Notes under the pieces: model-generated
What the model was told of the DNA's origin: nothing
Seen by the model: the letters and a program-made list of their open reading frames with translations, nothing else
Databases searched by the model: none
Translations under genes and position numbers: made by a program
Part shown: piece after piece, positions 33,220 through 41,281 of the stretch
Layout: each line of letters starts with the position of its first letter
How positions within the stretch are numbered: the stretch's first letter is position 1
Virus record (IMG/VR): IMGVR_UViG_3300028840_001024
Length of the DNA: 44,624 nt
Origin: a virus
Direction: 5' to 3' (one strand)

Positions 33220-35238
33220 ATGGCATCAACAGCACTACAAATAGACGCATTATGGGCAGGTTTAAACGATCCAGACACTGGTCAATCATATTCAGGCGCG
33301 ATAGTTGCATTCTTCGAATCTGGAACTACTACGCCTAAAGCTGTTTGGTTAGATACCGATAAAACTTTACCATCTGGCGCAGGCTTAACACAATCGACAC
33401 TTGACTCAAATGGTGTATTAAAAGCTTTTGGTGACGGTGCTTATAAAATTAATATTTACGCACCGACAGACACAGGATTAACAACACCACTATCAGGCTC
33501 TATTGATGGTGCTGAATATATTGTAACAACAGACCCTTCAAGTGTTGGGTATGATTCTATAGTAGATATGAGAGCTGGTACTGGTGGCGCTGAAGATGGT
33601 TCAGTTATTACTCTTTTAGGCTACTACACTCCCGGTGACGGTGGTGGCGGTCAATTCTATTGGGACGCAACAAGCACAGATTCAGACGACACCGGGCTGA
33701 CAGTCAAGGTGACATCTATAACCACAGGTCGGTGGAAAAGACTATATAACAAAACAGAAATACACGCTGATTGGTATGGGTTGAGTGAGTCCGCAAGCGC
33801 AGCAATAAACGCAACAGCAATACAGGCAGCTATTGACAACTTCACAGATAGAACAGAAGGTGGAACAGTAAGGATCCCAAAAGGTACATTTAGTTGTTCG
33901 CCTGATGTGATCACACTTAACGAAAAGCGGAATGTTTCAATTGTTGGGTCGACATCTATGTATGGATATGAAACACCAAAGGCGGGAACATATCTTTCAT
34001 TTACAAATGGAACTGTTGGTATTGATATATCCTTAACCGGTAATGATACATTTACCTCTTACAATAAAATTAAAAACATTGGCGTTGTTGGATCAGGTAC
34101 GACATACGGTATATTGATTGATGGAATTAACATGATAGAAGACAGTTCAGTATCAGGTTGTACACAAGCAAATATTTACATGCGAGAGTTGATTAACTCA
34201 TCAACAATAAATAGGGTATCATGTACAGGTGCAACAAATTACGGTATGGAAATAGGGAGCGCTACAACAAACAACACGACCTTTAATATTGATCGCTTGA
34301 ATTGCAGGTCTAATGGTTACGGGTTAAAAATATCAAACGCATTAAATTTAAGGGTAACAAACTCTGTCTTCGAATCAAATACAAACGAGGGTGTGATAAT
34401 TGAAAAACCAGCAGGTAGGCAATGTGATAATATAACTTTTGAAAATTGCTGGCTTGAAAACAATTATGTTGGTGGCTCTGGTTATCAGCTTGTTATAGAT
34501 GCCACGACTGTTGACGGAACAGCAGCAAACTCACCCGCAAGCATAAGATTTACTGATTGTGAGATAAATGCTTCAGGATCTCAAAAATCAATCAATGTAA
34601 ATGCTGCTTACGGCGTAAACTTCGAAAATCTTTCTATGAGTACAGGTTTAGGGACTCCAGGTGACGCAACATTAATCAATTCATCATACGGGCGGTCTGT
34701 GTTTTTTATTGAGGGTTTCCCAGTCGTCCCGACTTTAGGCTATGGAAACGGTGGCGGTTATTTTGAAAAAAAATTTAGTGGTTCCGGTGGGTTTAAAACA
34801 GACTTAGACATTCACAAAGCAGGTGGAAGAACTGAGACAGTTTGGTTCGTAATAGATACAATAGCCGCAGGGAATACATACTATTTAAGCCCAATAACAT
34901 ACAATGCGGCTGGAATTACTATGGATAGCAATACATACCCTGTTTTAAAAGCTGGCTCCCTTGTTGGTCTAATAACAACCAGAAGAAACACAATAGATGC
35001 AGGAACATTGACAGTTACACCATATTTCAGAACTTCATGGCAATCAGCAGCTTTTGATTTTACTGGTTCCGATGTAGTGTTAAATTCATCAAGCAACGAT
35101 GATACAAGGACTATCTATGGAGTTGAAACATACACTTTTATAAGCACTTATGGTATGGGTGTCAAAATAGTATCCGATGGGTCATATGCTGCATCTTTAG
35201 GGCATCAAATGCTAATAGGTCTTGTGATAGAATATTAA
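33220..35238 (+). CDS. tailspike with pectate-lyase-superfamily beta-helix domain (candidate depolymerase)
   Basis: GYYTPGDGGGGQFYWD...GRWKRLY...ADWYGL...AIQAAIDNF..GGTVRIPKGTF is typical of Pectate_lyase_3-type tailspikes. Repeated beta-helix turns follow. Confidence 0.7.
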   Translation: MASTALQIDALWAGLNDPDTGQSYSGAIVAFFESGTTTPKAVWLDTDKTLPSGAGLTQSTLDSNGVLKAFGDGAYKINIYAPTDTGLTTPLSGSIDGAEYIVTTDPSSVGYDSIVDMRAGTGGAEDGSVITLLGYYTPGDGGGGQFYWDATSTDSDDTGLTVKVTSITTGRWKRLYNKTEIHADWYGLSESASAAINATAIQAAIDNFTDRTEGGTVRIPKGTFSCSPDVITLNEKRNVSIVGSTSMYGYETPKAGTYLSFTNGTVGIDISLTGNDTFTSYNKIKNIGVVGSGTTYGILIDGINMIEDSSVSGCTQANIYMRELINSSTINRVSCTGATNYGMEIGSATTNNTTFNIDRLNCRSNGYGLKISNALNLRVTNSVFESNTNEGVIIEKPAGRQCDNITFENCWLENNYVGGSGYQLVIDATTVDGTAANSPASIRFTDCEINASGSQKSINVNAAYGVNFENLSMSTGLGTPGDATLINSSYGRSVFFIEGFPVVPTLGYGNGGGYFEKKFSGSGGFKTDLDIHKAGGRTETVWFVIDTIAAGNTYYLSPITYNAAGITMDSNTYPVLKAGSLVGLITTRRNTIDAGTLTVTPYFRTSWQSAAFDFTGSDVVLNSSSNDDTRTIYGVETYTFISTYGMGVKIVSDGSYAASLGHQMLIGLVIEY

Positions 35239-35321
35239 ACACACGCAACACCTCACGACAAACCGTCAATACTATCAAATATTATCATTAAATTTTGGTT
35301 AATTGGCTGTCATGGGGTGCG

Positions 35322-35339
35322 ACTTGTGTTTAAACAAGT
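35322..35339. terminator. hairpin ACTTGT-GTTTAA-ACAAGT in the convergent intergenic region (possible bidirectional terminator)
   Basis: Lies between the + tailspike stop (35238) and the - strand stop (35354). Confidence 0.3.
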
Positions 35340-35353
35340 GGTTTTAAATAGCC

Positions 35354-35656
35354 TCACCTCCTATCAAATTCTTGTTGTAGTTTTTCTATCTCTTCAACAT
35401 AATCAATATTGTATTTATCGTAAAAAGTAATCTTTCCTATCTGGTGGCGCTCTGAGTGATGCTCTCTGCATAAAGGCACTGTCTCACGGTCAGAACACTT
35501 CATAGCAACGCCTCCGGTCTTTCCTATGGGTTCATGGTGTGCCTCTGAGTTTCGGTAGCAAATAAGGCACATTTTGGAGCGTATAAAGTCAAGATACCAT
35601 CTGCTTCTTTTATCTGGATACTCATCTTCTTTAAAGAAAGATATTACCTGTGCCAT
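35354..35656 (-). CDS. HNH-type zinc-finger nuclease-like protein (DUF968-like)
   Basis: CLICYRNSEAHHEP....PLCREHHSERH, a CxxC..HH...C..HH arrangement. Confidence 0.5.
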   Translation of the reverse strand: MAQVISFFKEDEYPDKRSRWYLDFIRSKMCLICYRNSEAHHEPIGKTGGVAMKCSDRETVPLCREHHSERHQIGKITFYDKYNIDYVEEIEKLQQEFDRR

Positions 35657-35679
35657 ATTCCCTCCTGTTAATGGGTTAA

Positions 35680-35883
35680 TTATTTAAACCTACGCAATCC
35701 TGCTTTTTGAGCATCTACAAGACGTTGCTTTGGAACAACACCTTGACAATCTCTACATCCAAACCAAGGGTTAAGTGAATACCCGCAAGCGTTAGCCTCT
35801 TCATGAGTTTTAAAAACATTACCACAACACTTACACGTAGCCACAACAATCCCTTGCATTCTTTCTTGGTCGCTTAATTTCAT
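35680..35883 (-). CDS. small zinc-ribbon protein
   Basis: CKCCGNVF...CGY...CRDC. Confidence 0.5.
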   Translation of the reverse strand: MKLSDQERMQGIVVATCKCCGNVFKTHEEANACGYSLNPWFGCRDCQGVVPKQRLVDAQKAGLRRFK

Positions 35884-35904
35884 ACCTCTCTCCTATTGAT
35901 ATGG

Positions 35905-36138
35905 TTAATCTTTAAGGCTTTTATTTATAATTGAGTCTGGATCAATAGCCGCTTTAAGCATAGTTCCAATCATATTTTCGTTGTGCTTAATAGAATCACG
36001 TACAGATTTTTGGTTTATATCAGCCAATTCTTTATAGTGTTCAATGTCTTCTTTTAATCTTTTGTTTTCCCTGTATAGTTCAACGACCTCATGTGCCAAA
36101 ACAACTATGTCGGGCATCTCTAATCCATACATTCCCAT
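35905..36138 (-). CDS. hypothetical coiled-coil protein
   Basis: 77 aa. GGAGAGAGG RBS. Confidence 0.5.
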   Translation of the reverse strand: MGMYGLEMPDIVVLAHEVVELYRENKRLKEDIEHYKELADINQKSVRDSIKHNENMIGTMLKAAIDPDSIINKSLKD

Positions 36139-36162
36139 ACCTCTCTCCTTATTGTTAAAAGA

Positions 36163-36366
36163 CTAAAGTTCTTCCTCTAAATCAAGGCTCATTTCTTCTT
36201 TACAAAATAAACATAGTCCCCAATCACCATTCGCAGTTGTTCTACTATATGGAATCCTACCAACATCTTCACCAAAATATTCTGCTACACAAGAGTTACA
36301 GTACGAATATGCGTCCTCAGTAGTTTTATTCATTATTGGGAAATCATCAAATGTTATTTCATCCAT
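36163..36366 (-). CDS. small acidic Cys-containing protein
   Basis: 67 aa, D/E-rich, with CNSC....CLFC. Confidence 0.5.
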   Translation of the reverse strand: MDEITFDDFPIMNKTTEDAYSYCNSCVAEYFGEDVGRIPYSRTTANGDWGLCLFCKEEMSLDLEEEL

Positions 36367-36402
36367 TACAAACCACCTTGCTATTAGTTATATTAAACGC
36401 AA

Positions 36403-36603
36403 TTAATTTCCGGTCATTATATCTTGTGCAACTAAAGCGGGGCAATCTAATTCATGCTTAAAGTCATTGAGTTCATAGCTTTTTGAATTGCAATATTTAC
36501 ACTCGTACTGACCTCTATAATCACAACTATCATAAAAATAAACACAATCTTCTAAAATAGTTTTAGCAAGTATCAGAACATCATCTTTATTAAAGTCACA
36601 CAT
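36403..36603 (-). CDS. small Cys-rich protein
   Basis: 66 aa with C..C...CKYC...C. AGGAGG RBS. Confidence 0.5.
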   Translation of the reverse strand: MCDFNKDDVLILAKTILEDCVYFYDSCDYRGQYECKYCNSKSYELNDFKHELDCPALVAQDIMTGN

Positions 36604-36634
36604 AAAACCTCCTATTAACTGGTATATTATATAA

Positions 36635-36758
36635 GCGCATGCACACAGGCATTAATAAAACACTATTCTTCACATGCCCGCTCGCATGCAGGTCTCTAAT
36701 AATTTTCAAAGCACCCGCACGCCTACCCGCATGTGGGTAATGTGTCATCTCGCATGCG
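36635..36758. promoter_or_regulatory. cluster of five (C/A)(G/A)CATG(C/T) motifs with a candidate - strand promoter (TATAAT)
   Basis: CATG cores at 36638, 36673, 36685, 36730 and 36753, with spacings 35, 12, 45 and 23. The reverse strand reads ..TTAATG-17 nt-TATAAT.. upstream of 36403..36603. Confidence 0.3.
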
Positions 36759-37175
36759 TACTTTATCAGTAAACCCTCTATTTGGGTACGCTTTCCTTGT
36801 TTCAATCGGTGAATCTCCATATTTCCATGTCTTCCATTTATCAATAAACTTATATTTTGTTGAGTGTCCTTGTCTGGATCCACCTTGCTCAGTTATTGAC
36901 AAGAACCCTAAAGCAAGTAATCTGTCAATCGCTCTCGTGATAGTAGAATTGTTCATATTAAACGGCTCATCATTCAACTGTCTGTATGGTATCAATATTT
37001 CATTAGATGCCGTGTAACGCTTCTTTTTAGTCTTCTTTTGTGATGTTTTCTCCATACGTCTTTCGAGCATGGCAAAATCTAATACTTTTCTTTCAGATAG
37101 CTTGAGTGATTGTAGGGCTGTTGAGTAGACCATCTCTTTTGTAAGAGGAGTCCAGCGAGTGCTGATGTGCTTCAT
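36723..37175 (-). CDS. winged-helix DNA-binding protein (hypothetical regulator or replication-associated)
   Basis: STITRAIDRLLALGFLSITEQGG is wHTH-like. 150 aa. Confidence 0.5.
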   Translation of the reverse strand: MKHISTRWTPLTKEMVYSTALQSLKLSERKVLDFAMLERRMEKTSQKKTKKKRYTASNEILIPYRQLNDEPFNMNNSTITRAIDRLLALGFLSITEQGGSRQGHSTKYKFIDKWKTWKYGDSPIETRKAYPNRGFTDKVRMRDDTLPTCG

Positions 37176-37180
37176 TTTAT

Positions 37181-37217
37181 CTCCAAAAGGTGTCCGATAA
37201 TAGCGCCCCTTTTGGAG
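37181..37217 (-). promoter_or_regulatory. 10-bp hairpin that sequesters the GGAG RBS of 36723..37175
   Basis: On the - strand RNA: CTCCAAAAGG-(17 nt)-CCTTTTGGAG-ATAAA-ATG. Confidence 0.4.
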
Positions 37218-37287
37218 AAGTATGACGCTATCATCGGTTAATTATTAGCCTATTTACTAAGGGTAATTAATCCTTAATAGACAATTA

Positions 37288-37316
37288 ATAGTAGCACACC
37301 GGATAACTAAAATCAA
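37288..37316 (-). promoter_or_regulatory. sigma70-like promoter on the - strand (TTGATT-17 nt-TACTAT)
   Basis: -35 is the reverse complement of 37311-37316 and -10 the reverse complement of 37288-37293. AATTAAT motifs lie nearby. Confidence 0.4.
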
Positions 37317-37320
37317 CAGG

Positions 37321-37554
37321 CTATTCTTCGCCTTTCACAATACTCTGTATTTCATCAAAAACATAATCAACATTATCAAAATCAACATCAAAGTCGGTCT
37401 CAACAGCTCTTGAACATTGATGGCACAAAAAACCAGACTTCACGCAATTTTCAAAAAACTCATCTTCTATTTCGTCTACTGTCTTTCCTTCAATGTCAAT
37501 ATCAGCTTCAAACTCTGCTGACGCATACACCGGTAACATTATTTTAATCTTCAT
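37321..37554 (-). CDS. small, very acidic protein
   Basis: 77 aa rich in D/E (EFEADIDIEGKTVDEIEDEFFE...DFDVDFDNVDYVFDE). Confidence 0.55.
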   Translation of the reverse strand: MKIKIMLPVYASAEFEADIDIEGKTVDEIEDEFFENCVKSGFLCHQCSRAVETDFDVDFDNVDYVFDEIQSIVKGEE

Positions 37555-37588
37555 AACTCCTCCATTAAAATCTATTTATAAACGCTTG

Positions 37589-37708
37589 TTAGTCTTCATC
37601 CTCTTCGTACTTTTCACACGCTTCAGTATCAGCATAAATTTCATGACCGTCAATCTCACATTCTTCATTTTGCCAATTATGAACGCATGTTTCGCATGTT
37701 TCAATCAT
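37589..37708 (-). CDS. small acidic Cys protein (39 aa)
   Basis: Below the track cutoff. GGAGGTGAGAGAGG RBS. Translation MIETCETCVHNWQNEECEIDGHEIYADTEACEKYEEDED. Confidence 0.45.
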   Translation of the reverse strand: MIETCETCVHNWQNEECEIDGHEIYADTEACEKYEEDED

Positions 37709-37733
37709 CCTCTCTCACCTCCGATCTGCATGA

Positions 37734-38135
37734 TTAAAAATCTGACTCATTAGGATCAGGTATGTAACAATTATGAAACTCCGCAGCCCATTGCTTTACC
37801 TGCTCTAAAAAATCGTTAAATTCATCGGTATCAAGATCAGTTGTTGACCTAATATAGTCTGGCTTTCCTTCTTCGCTTACAAGTAAAAATTTAAGACCTA
37901 TTGCGCTGTGCATTTCGTCAACGGTATAGCCTATTTTATTTCCAAGCACCACACAAACAACCCCAAAGTAATAATTGTTTTGAGGTAAAGACCTTTGTTT
38001 TCTATACTTCTTAACAACAACCTCACATTCTACTCCCTCCAGGGTGTGCAAGTATCGTGTAAATTGCTCGATATTGCGAACTGACATAACGCCGTTTGTT
38101 GGCGTGCCTCTGAATTTTGGAATAACTTTTTTCAT
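37734..38135 (-). CDS. NinB/Orf-like recombination mediator (putative)
   Basis: KKYRKQRSLPQNNYYFGVV parallels lambda NinB ERNRSLDQNRKLWACL. The start MKKVIP at 38135 lies 1 nt after the upstream stop. Confidence 0.45.
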   Translation of the reverse strand: MKKVIPKFRGTPTNGVMSVRNIEQFTRYLHTLEGVECEVVVKKYRKQRSLPQNNYYFGVVCVVLGNKIGYTVDEMHSAIGLKFLLVSEEGKPDYIRSTTDLDTDEFNDFLEQVKQWAAEFHNCYIPDPNESDF

Positions 38136-38136
38136 A

Positions 38137-38487
38137 TCAAAACCCACTCTCACAAAAAGGACATAATATATCATTAGCCTTATCATCCGAAACAGGAACC
38201 CACATTGACCGCTTTACGTATCTGCCACACCGACTGCATCTTGTGTGGAAGTGGTAGGGTTCGGTTTTCTTTCTAATATATCGGCTCCATATTTTATCAT
38301 ACCCCCTCCAAAAAACATGGCCCTGTATTGTGTCTACCCAAGTAAAGGCACTTGTAAAATAATCATACCTACTTTTTATCGGTCTTGGGTGTTCAGATAT
38401 TTGTGCGTGCATTACGAAATTATGAACATATCTATCAAAAATCCCATTATGCTTCAGAAACTTCACGAACTCTTTTTGAATTGTCAT
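38137..38487 (-). CDS. hypothetical protein with C-terminal zinc ribbon
   Basis: CSRCGRY....CPFCE. GGTGGTGAG RBS. Confidence 0.5.
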   Translation of the reverse strand: MTIQKEFVKFLKHNGIFDRYVHNFVMHAQISEHPRPIKSRYDYFTSAFTWVDTIQGHVFWRGYDKIWSRYIRKKTEPYHFHTRCSRCGRYVKRSMWVPVSDDKANDILCPFCESGF

Positions 38488-38528
38488 CTCACCACCTCAT
38501 ATTACTATTTTTCAAAAATTAGTATTAA

Positions 38529-38861
38529 TTACTCTGTAGCCTCAAAGAAGCTATAAAAGCAGTGAATAGCATCTGAACACATCCACTTAATACCGCCCGG
38601 TCTTTTTACAGATATAAGATTACTTTGGCACTCAGGGCAGGTTAACAAAGCCTTACCACAGGCTGTATCTCTTTTTTCTGCGTCTTCGTATGCGTCTTCC
38701 ATGGGGCCCCCTTTAAATTTGAAAATATGTGTTAATAACCCACCAAGCCCCGCACCAACAACAGCGTAGGCTTGAAGATTTTTTATACCTATCTGATTCT
38801 CCATAAACGAAAAACAAGCCACCCAAGCAACAAGCCAAAGAATCCATAAAATTATTTTCAT
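38529..38861 (-). CDS. membrane protein with C-terminal zinc-ribbon-like domain
   Basis: Two hydrophobic segments (ILWILWLVAWVACF, AVVGAGLGGLL), then CPECQ....CSDAIHC. Confidence 0.5.
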   Translation of the reverse strand: MKIILWILWLVAWVACFSFMENQIGIKNLQAYAVVGAGLGGLLTHIFKFKGGPMEDAYEDAEKRDTACGKALLTCPECQSNLISVKRPGGIKWMCSDAIHCFYSFFEATE

Positions 38862-38885
38862 AACGCCTCCTTATTAACTTCGTTT

Positions 38886-39494
38886 TTAAGATTTAATTTT
38901 CTTAACAAGCTCTTGCAGGTCTTTGTGAAACAACCTAACCTCAATTTTTATAATCTTTATCAAATCCTCATCTCTTTCAACCTCAACCATAAAAGGCTTT
39001 AACCCAGGGAAATAAGACATAAACCACCACGAGGGCCAACCTGTTATAGCAAGACTTGTTTGAACCTGTAAAATGTGCTTTGTTGGCAGTTTATTATCTT
39101 TTTTAGTCATCATAAATTCTTTTAGTTGGGGGCATTTTGTTTCATAGCCCACCTCTTTTTCCTCGTTAAAACCATCCGGGCTTATATGCCAGTTTCTTTT
39201 CTCATCGTTAAATATCATTGCACATTCTGATAAAGGAATACTTTTTCTAAACTCAAATAATCTACGGGCGCTTGGTTCATGCTCGTTCCCCCACTGCATC
39301 TCGTAATTTGCATATAAGGGCTTAGATCGTCTTGATATTATCTGTGAAGCTTTTTCCACTAAAAAATTTTCTCTTGATTCAGATCGTTTCCCTTTAGTGG
39401 TGATAATTTTAGAAATATCAGTACCACCGATAGAATCAAGTTTCGCTTCGTGCCATTCTGGTTCGCCCTGGTTAAATGAATTTTCAATTATCAT
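38886..39494 (-). CDS. YqaJ-type viral recombinase exonuclease (PD-(D/E)xK)
   Basis: N-terminal QGEPEWHEAKLDSIGGTDISKI matches the YqaJ motif. 202 aa. Confidence 0.65.
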   Translation of the reverse strand: MIIENSFNQGEPEWHEAKLDSIGGTDISKIITTKGKRSESRENFLVEKASQIISRRSKPLYANYEMQWGNEHEPSARRLFEFRKSIPLSECAMIFNDEKRNWHISPDGFNEEKEVGYETKCPQLKEFMMTKKDNKLPTKHILQVQTSLAITGWPSWWFMSYFPGLKPFMVEVERDEDLIKIIKIEVRLFHKDLQELVKKIKS

Positions 39495-40021
39495 GATTCA
39501 CCATCCACTGGTTGAAGTTCTGCAACACATTGACTAAATTGACTTGCCGGAATATTTTCTAAACTACTAACACGCAAATAAGAACAATAATCTTCAGCAC
39601 TTTTACCAATTGCAAGCAACATATCAGTTAATTGGCTAACTTGTTTTTCTGATATATTCTGGACTTTTTCAGGTGAAATTCTAACACCTCCGACAATTTC
39701 ACCTTTCATTTTCACGTTATAGTCAATATAAAGCCTTATTGTAATGTTTTTCCAATCTTCTACAAAAGGACTGCCCCCGGCATGGCCTTTCATTATTTTG
39801 CTATTCCCGGCATTTAAAACAAGGGGCTTAATCCCTTCTTTAAAGTAAGCAATATTATAGTTTCCTTTCCTTCCAGCCACAGCAACACCGTATTCCTGAT
39901 TTACGTGAGATACAGTAAATATCAAGTTAGACTTTGCTTCAAGTAAATCTTCAAGGTCTGCAACTCCGAGATGATCGCTTTTGTATACTTTTCTGAAGTG
40001 TGTTTTATTTTCTTTAGACAT
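39491..40021 (-). CDS. hypothetical protein; possible recombination partner of the exonuclease (position only)
   Basis: Start MSKENK at 40021, with ATGA-type overlap with the exonuclease gene. No motif recognised. Confidence 0.5.
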   Translation of the reverse strand: MSKENKTHFRKVYKSDHLGVADLEDLLEAKSNLIFTVSHVNQEYGVAVAGRKGNYNIAYFKEGIKPLVLNAGNSKIMKGHAGGSPFVEDWKNITIRLYIDYNVKMKGEIVGGVRISPEKVQNISEKQVSQLTDMLLAIGKSAEDYCSYLRVSSLENIPASQFSQCVAELQPVDGES

Positions 40022-40169
40022 CTTTATCCTCCATCTCAAGTTTTAAAGTTTCAAATTCTTCTTCTGTTAATTCATCACAAGGAACTTCATCAAACTTATC
40101 AAATTTGCACTCACCGTTTTTATGAAAAGGGCAAGTTGTATCGGCACAGTTTAGAGTTTTGTATAGCAT
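40014..40169 (-). CDS. small Cys-containing acidic protein (51 aa)
   Basis: Below the track cutoff. Translation MLYKTLNCADTTCPFHKNGECKFDKFDEVPCDELTEEEFETLKLEMEDKDV. Overlap-coupled on both sides. Confidence 0.45.
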   Translation of the reverse strand: MLYKTLNCADTTCPFHKNGECKFDKFDEVPCDELTEEEFETLKLEMEDKDV

Positions 40170-40339
40170 TATTCTTTCCCCTTTGGCTCTAAGTAGTATT
40201 TATCAAGTATCTTTTCGAGCATATCCTGACCGCCTTTTTGATGCGCTCTTTTTATTGCGAATTTTTGGGCATCGCTAAAAGCGCTATCGTTAAGCGGTGA
40301 CGATTCGAACCAAGTATCAAATTCTTTTTCTATATCCAT
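40169..40339 (-). CDS. hypothetical protein (56 aa), first gene of the - strand block
   Basis: The internal start MDIEKEF is preceded by AAAGGAGAG. The longer track ORF start (40381) has no RBS and would overlap the promoter. Confidence 0.5.
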   Translation of the reverse strand: MDIEKEFDTWFESSPLNDSAFSDAQKFAIKRAHQKGGQDMLEKILDKYYLEPKGKE

Positions 40340-40372
40340 CTCATCTCTCCTTTGTTTGTTGTTGATGTCTCC

Positions 40373-40400
40373 ATAATACATGAGTGAAAATTAATTGCAA
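40373..40400 (-). promoter_or_regulatory. - strand early promoter (TTGCAA-16 nt-TATTAT)
   Basis: -35 at 40395-40400 and -10 as the reverse complement of 40373-40378, in the divergent intergenic region. Confidence 0.4.
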
Positions 40401-40433
40401 GTCTTTTTTGTAAAAAAATGTAATTATTTTTAC

Positions 40434-40462
40434 TTGACAGGTTGTATCCGGTCGTGATAGTG
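40434..40462 (+). promoter_or_regulatory. + strand early promoter (TTGACA-17 nt-ATAGTG, TG-extended)
   Basis: -35 at 40434-40439. A T6-G-T-A7 near-palindrome (40403-40418) lies between the two divergent promoters. Confidence 0.4.
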
Positions 40463-40494
40463 TAAGATCATAACAGATAACTAAGGAGGAAAAA

Positions 40495-40686
40495 TTGAGA
40501 GACTTCATAACAAAAAAAGAACTGGCAGTCAGACACGGCGTTAAATTAAGAACTATTGACAGTTGGATAAGAGACAAAAACTTACCCTTCTATAAATTCG
40601 GTAGCAACATTGTATTTAAAGAAATTGAACTTGAACAATGGGGAAAAGAACAGGCTGAAATATTTAAGGCAAAGGAGAAAGAATAA
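40495..40686 (+). CDS. excisionase/MerR-like HTH DNA-binding protein
   Basis: TTG start with AAGGAGG upstream. ITKKELAVRHGVKLRTIDSWIRDKNLPFYKFG is typical of the Xis/AlpA-type HTH. Confidence 0.6.
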   Translation: MRDFITKKELAVRHGVKLRTIDSWIRDKNLPFYKFGSNIVFKEIELEQWGKEQAEIFKAKEKE

Positions 40687-40865
40687 TGTACTCAAAAAAA
40701 AGCATAGCAAAAGCAATCATCTGTTTAATAATATTCTCAATCGGTGGTGTAGGTACTATATTCTGTTTCGAGCATCGCCTGGACGCTTCTATGATTCTAA
40801 TTTGGGTGGGTGACGTGTGCTTGCTAAAATACGTTGTTAATCATGATATGTTTGTTGGATATTAG
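40686..40865 (+). CDS. small membrane protein (59 aa)
   Basis: The ATG overlaps the upstream TAA. AIICLIIFSIGGVGTIFCF is a hydrophobic segment. Confidence 0.45.
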   Translation: MYSKKSIAKAIICLIIFSIGGVGTIFCFEHRLDASMILIWVGDVCLLKYVVNHDMFVGY

Positions 40866-40877
40866 GAGGTGTTGGAG

Positions 40878-41087
40878 ATGAAGAAAGAATTAGCTTTTAT
40901 TTCTCTATTGTGTGGCATTGCTGTTTTTGGGCTACAGATGCAAGTATTAAAACTAAAGAAGTGTACTATTAACCTGCAAAAAGCAGTTATAACACTACAG
41001 GAAAAAGTACTTGAAGATAATTACACAGCATCACAGGCAGAGTTTTTGAAGAGCATCGAACGGGCTAAAAATAATAGGGGGAATTGA
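40878..41087 (+). CDS. small membrane/coiled-coil protein
   Basis: AGGAGG lies 9 nt upstream of ATG 40878. LAFISLLCGIAVFGL. Confidence 0.5.
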   Translation: MKKELAFISLLCGIAVFGLQMQVLKLKKCTINLQKAVITLQEKVLEDNYTASQAEFLKSIERAKNNRGN

Positions 41088-41260
41088 TGTATACAGATTA
41101 TTGTGGTGAAAATTGCCAGTATTTAAACATATCAGAGAAAGACCAAAATTTATATTCACGTAAACCAGATCATAGGTGTCATAAATATAATGTTAGGCTT
41201 TATCATTTAAGGTTTCACCCAAACATCGTTAAATGTAGAGCGTGTAAAGAACAGAAATAA
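41087..41260 (+). CDS. small Cys/His-rich protein (57 aa)
   Basis: Below the track cutoff. Translation MYTDYCGENCQYL...HRCHKYNVRLYHLRFHPNIVKCRACKEQK. Confidence 0.45.
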   Translation: MYTDYCGENCQYLNISEKDQNLYSRKPDHRCHKYNVRLYHLRFHPNIVKCRACKEQK

Positions 41261-41281
41261 CCACTAAAAGGAGGATGGAGA

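Noticed and set aside
9791-34000. Numerous antisense or out-of-frame track ORFs inside large structural genes (for example 9791..10117, 11395..11712, 17754..18026, 26378..26868, 28168..28487, 31404..32798, 33657..33914)
   Set aside because: They are entirely nested in long, RBS-preceded, motif-bearing CDSs. Their translations are low-complexity (S/A/P/L-rich), as expected from the opposite strand of T/G/A-rich coding sequence.
36596-36883. 95-aa - strand ORF overlapping the 3' end of 36723..37175
   Set aside because: It overlaps the better-supported wHTH gene by 160 nt. It has no RBS at any of its ATGs. Most of it covers a region that looks like a promoter and operator (TATAAT, repeated CGCATGC).
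38141-38150. A second copy of the AAAACCCACT core of the 28-bp helix arm, inside the 38137..38487 / 37734..38135 junction
   Set aside because: It is only a 10-mer match. Roughly 0.1 such matches are expected by chance in a 44-kb genome on both strands, and there is no flanking similarity.
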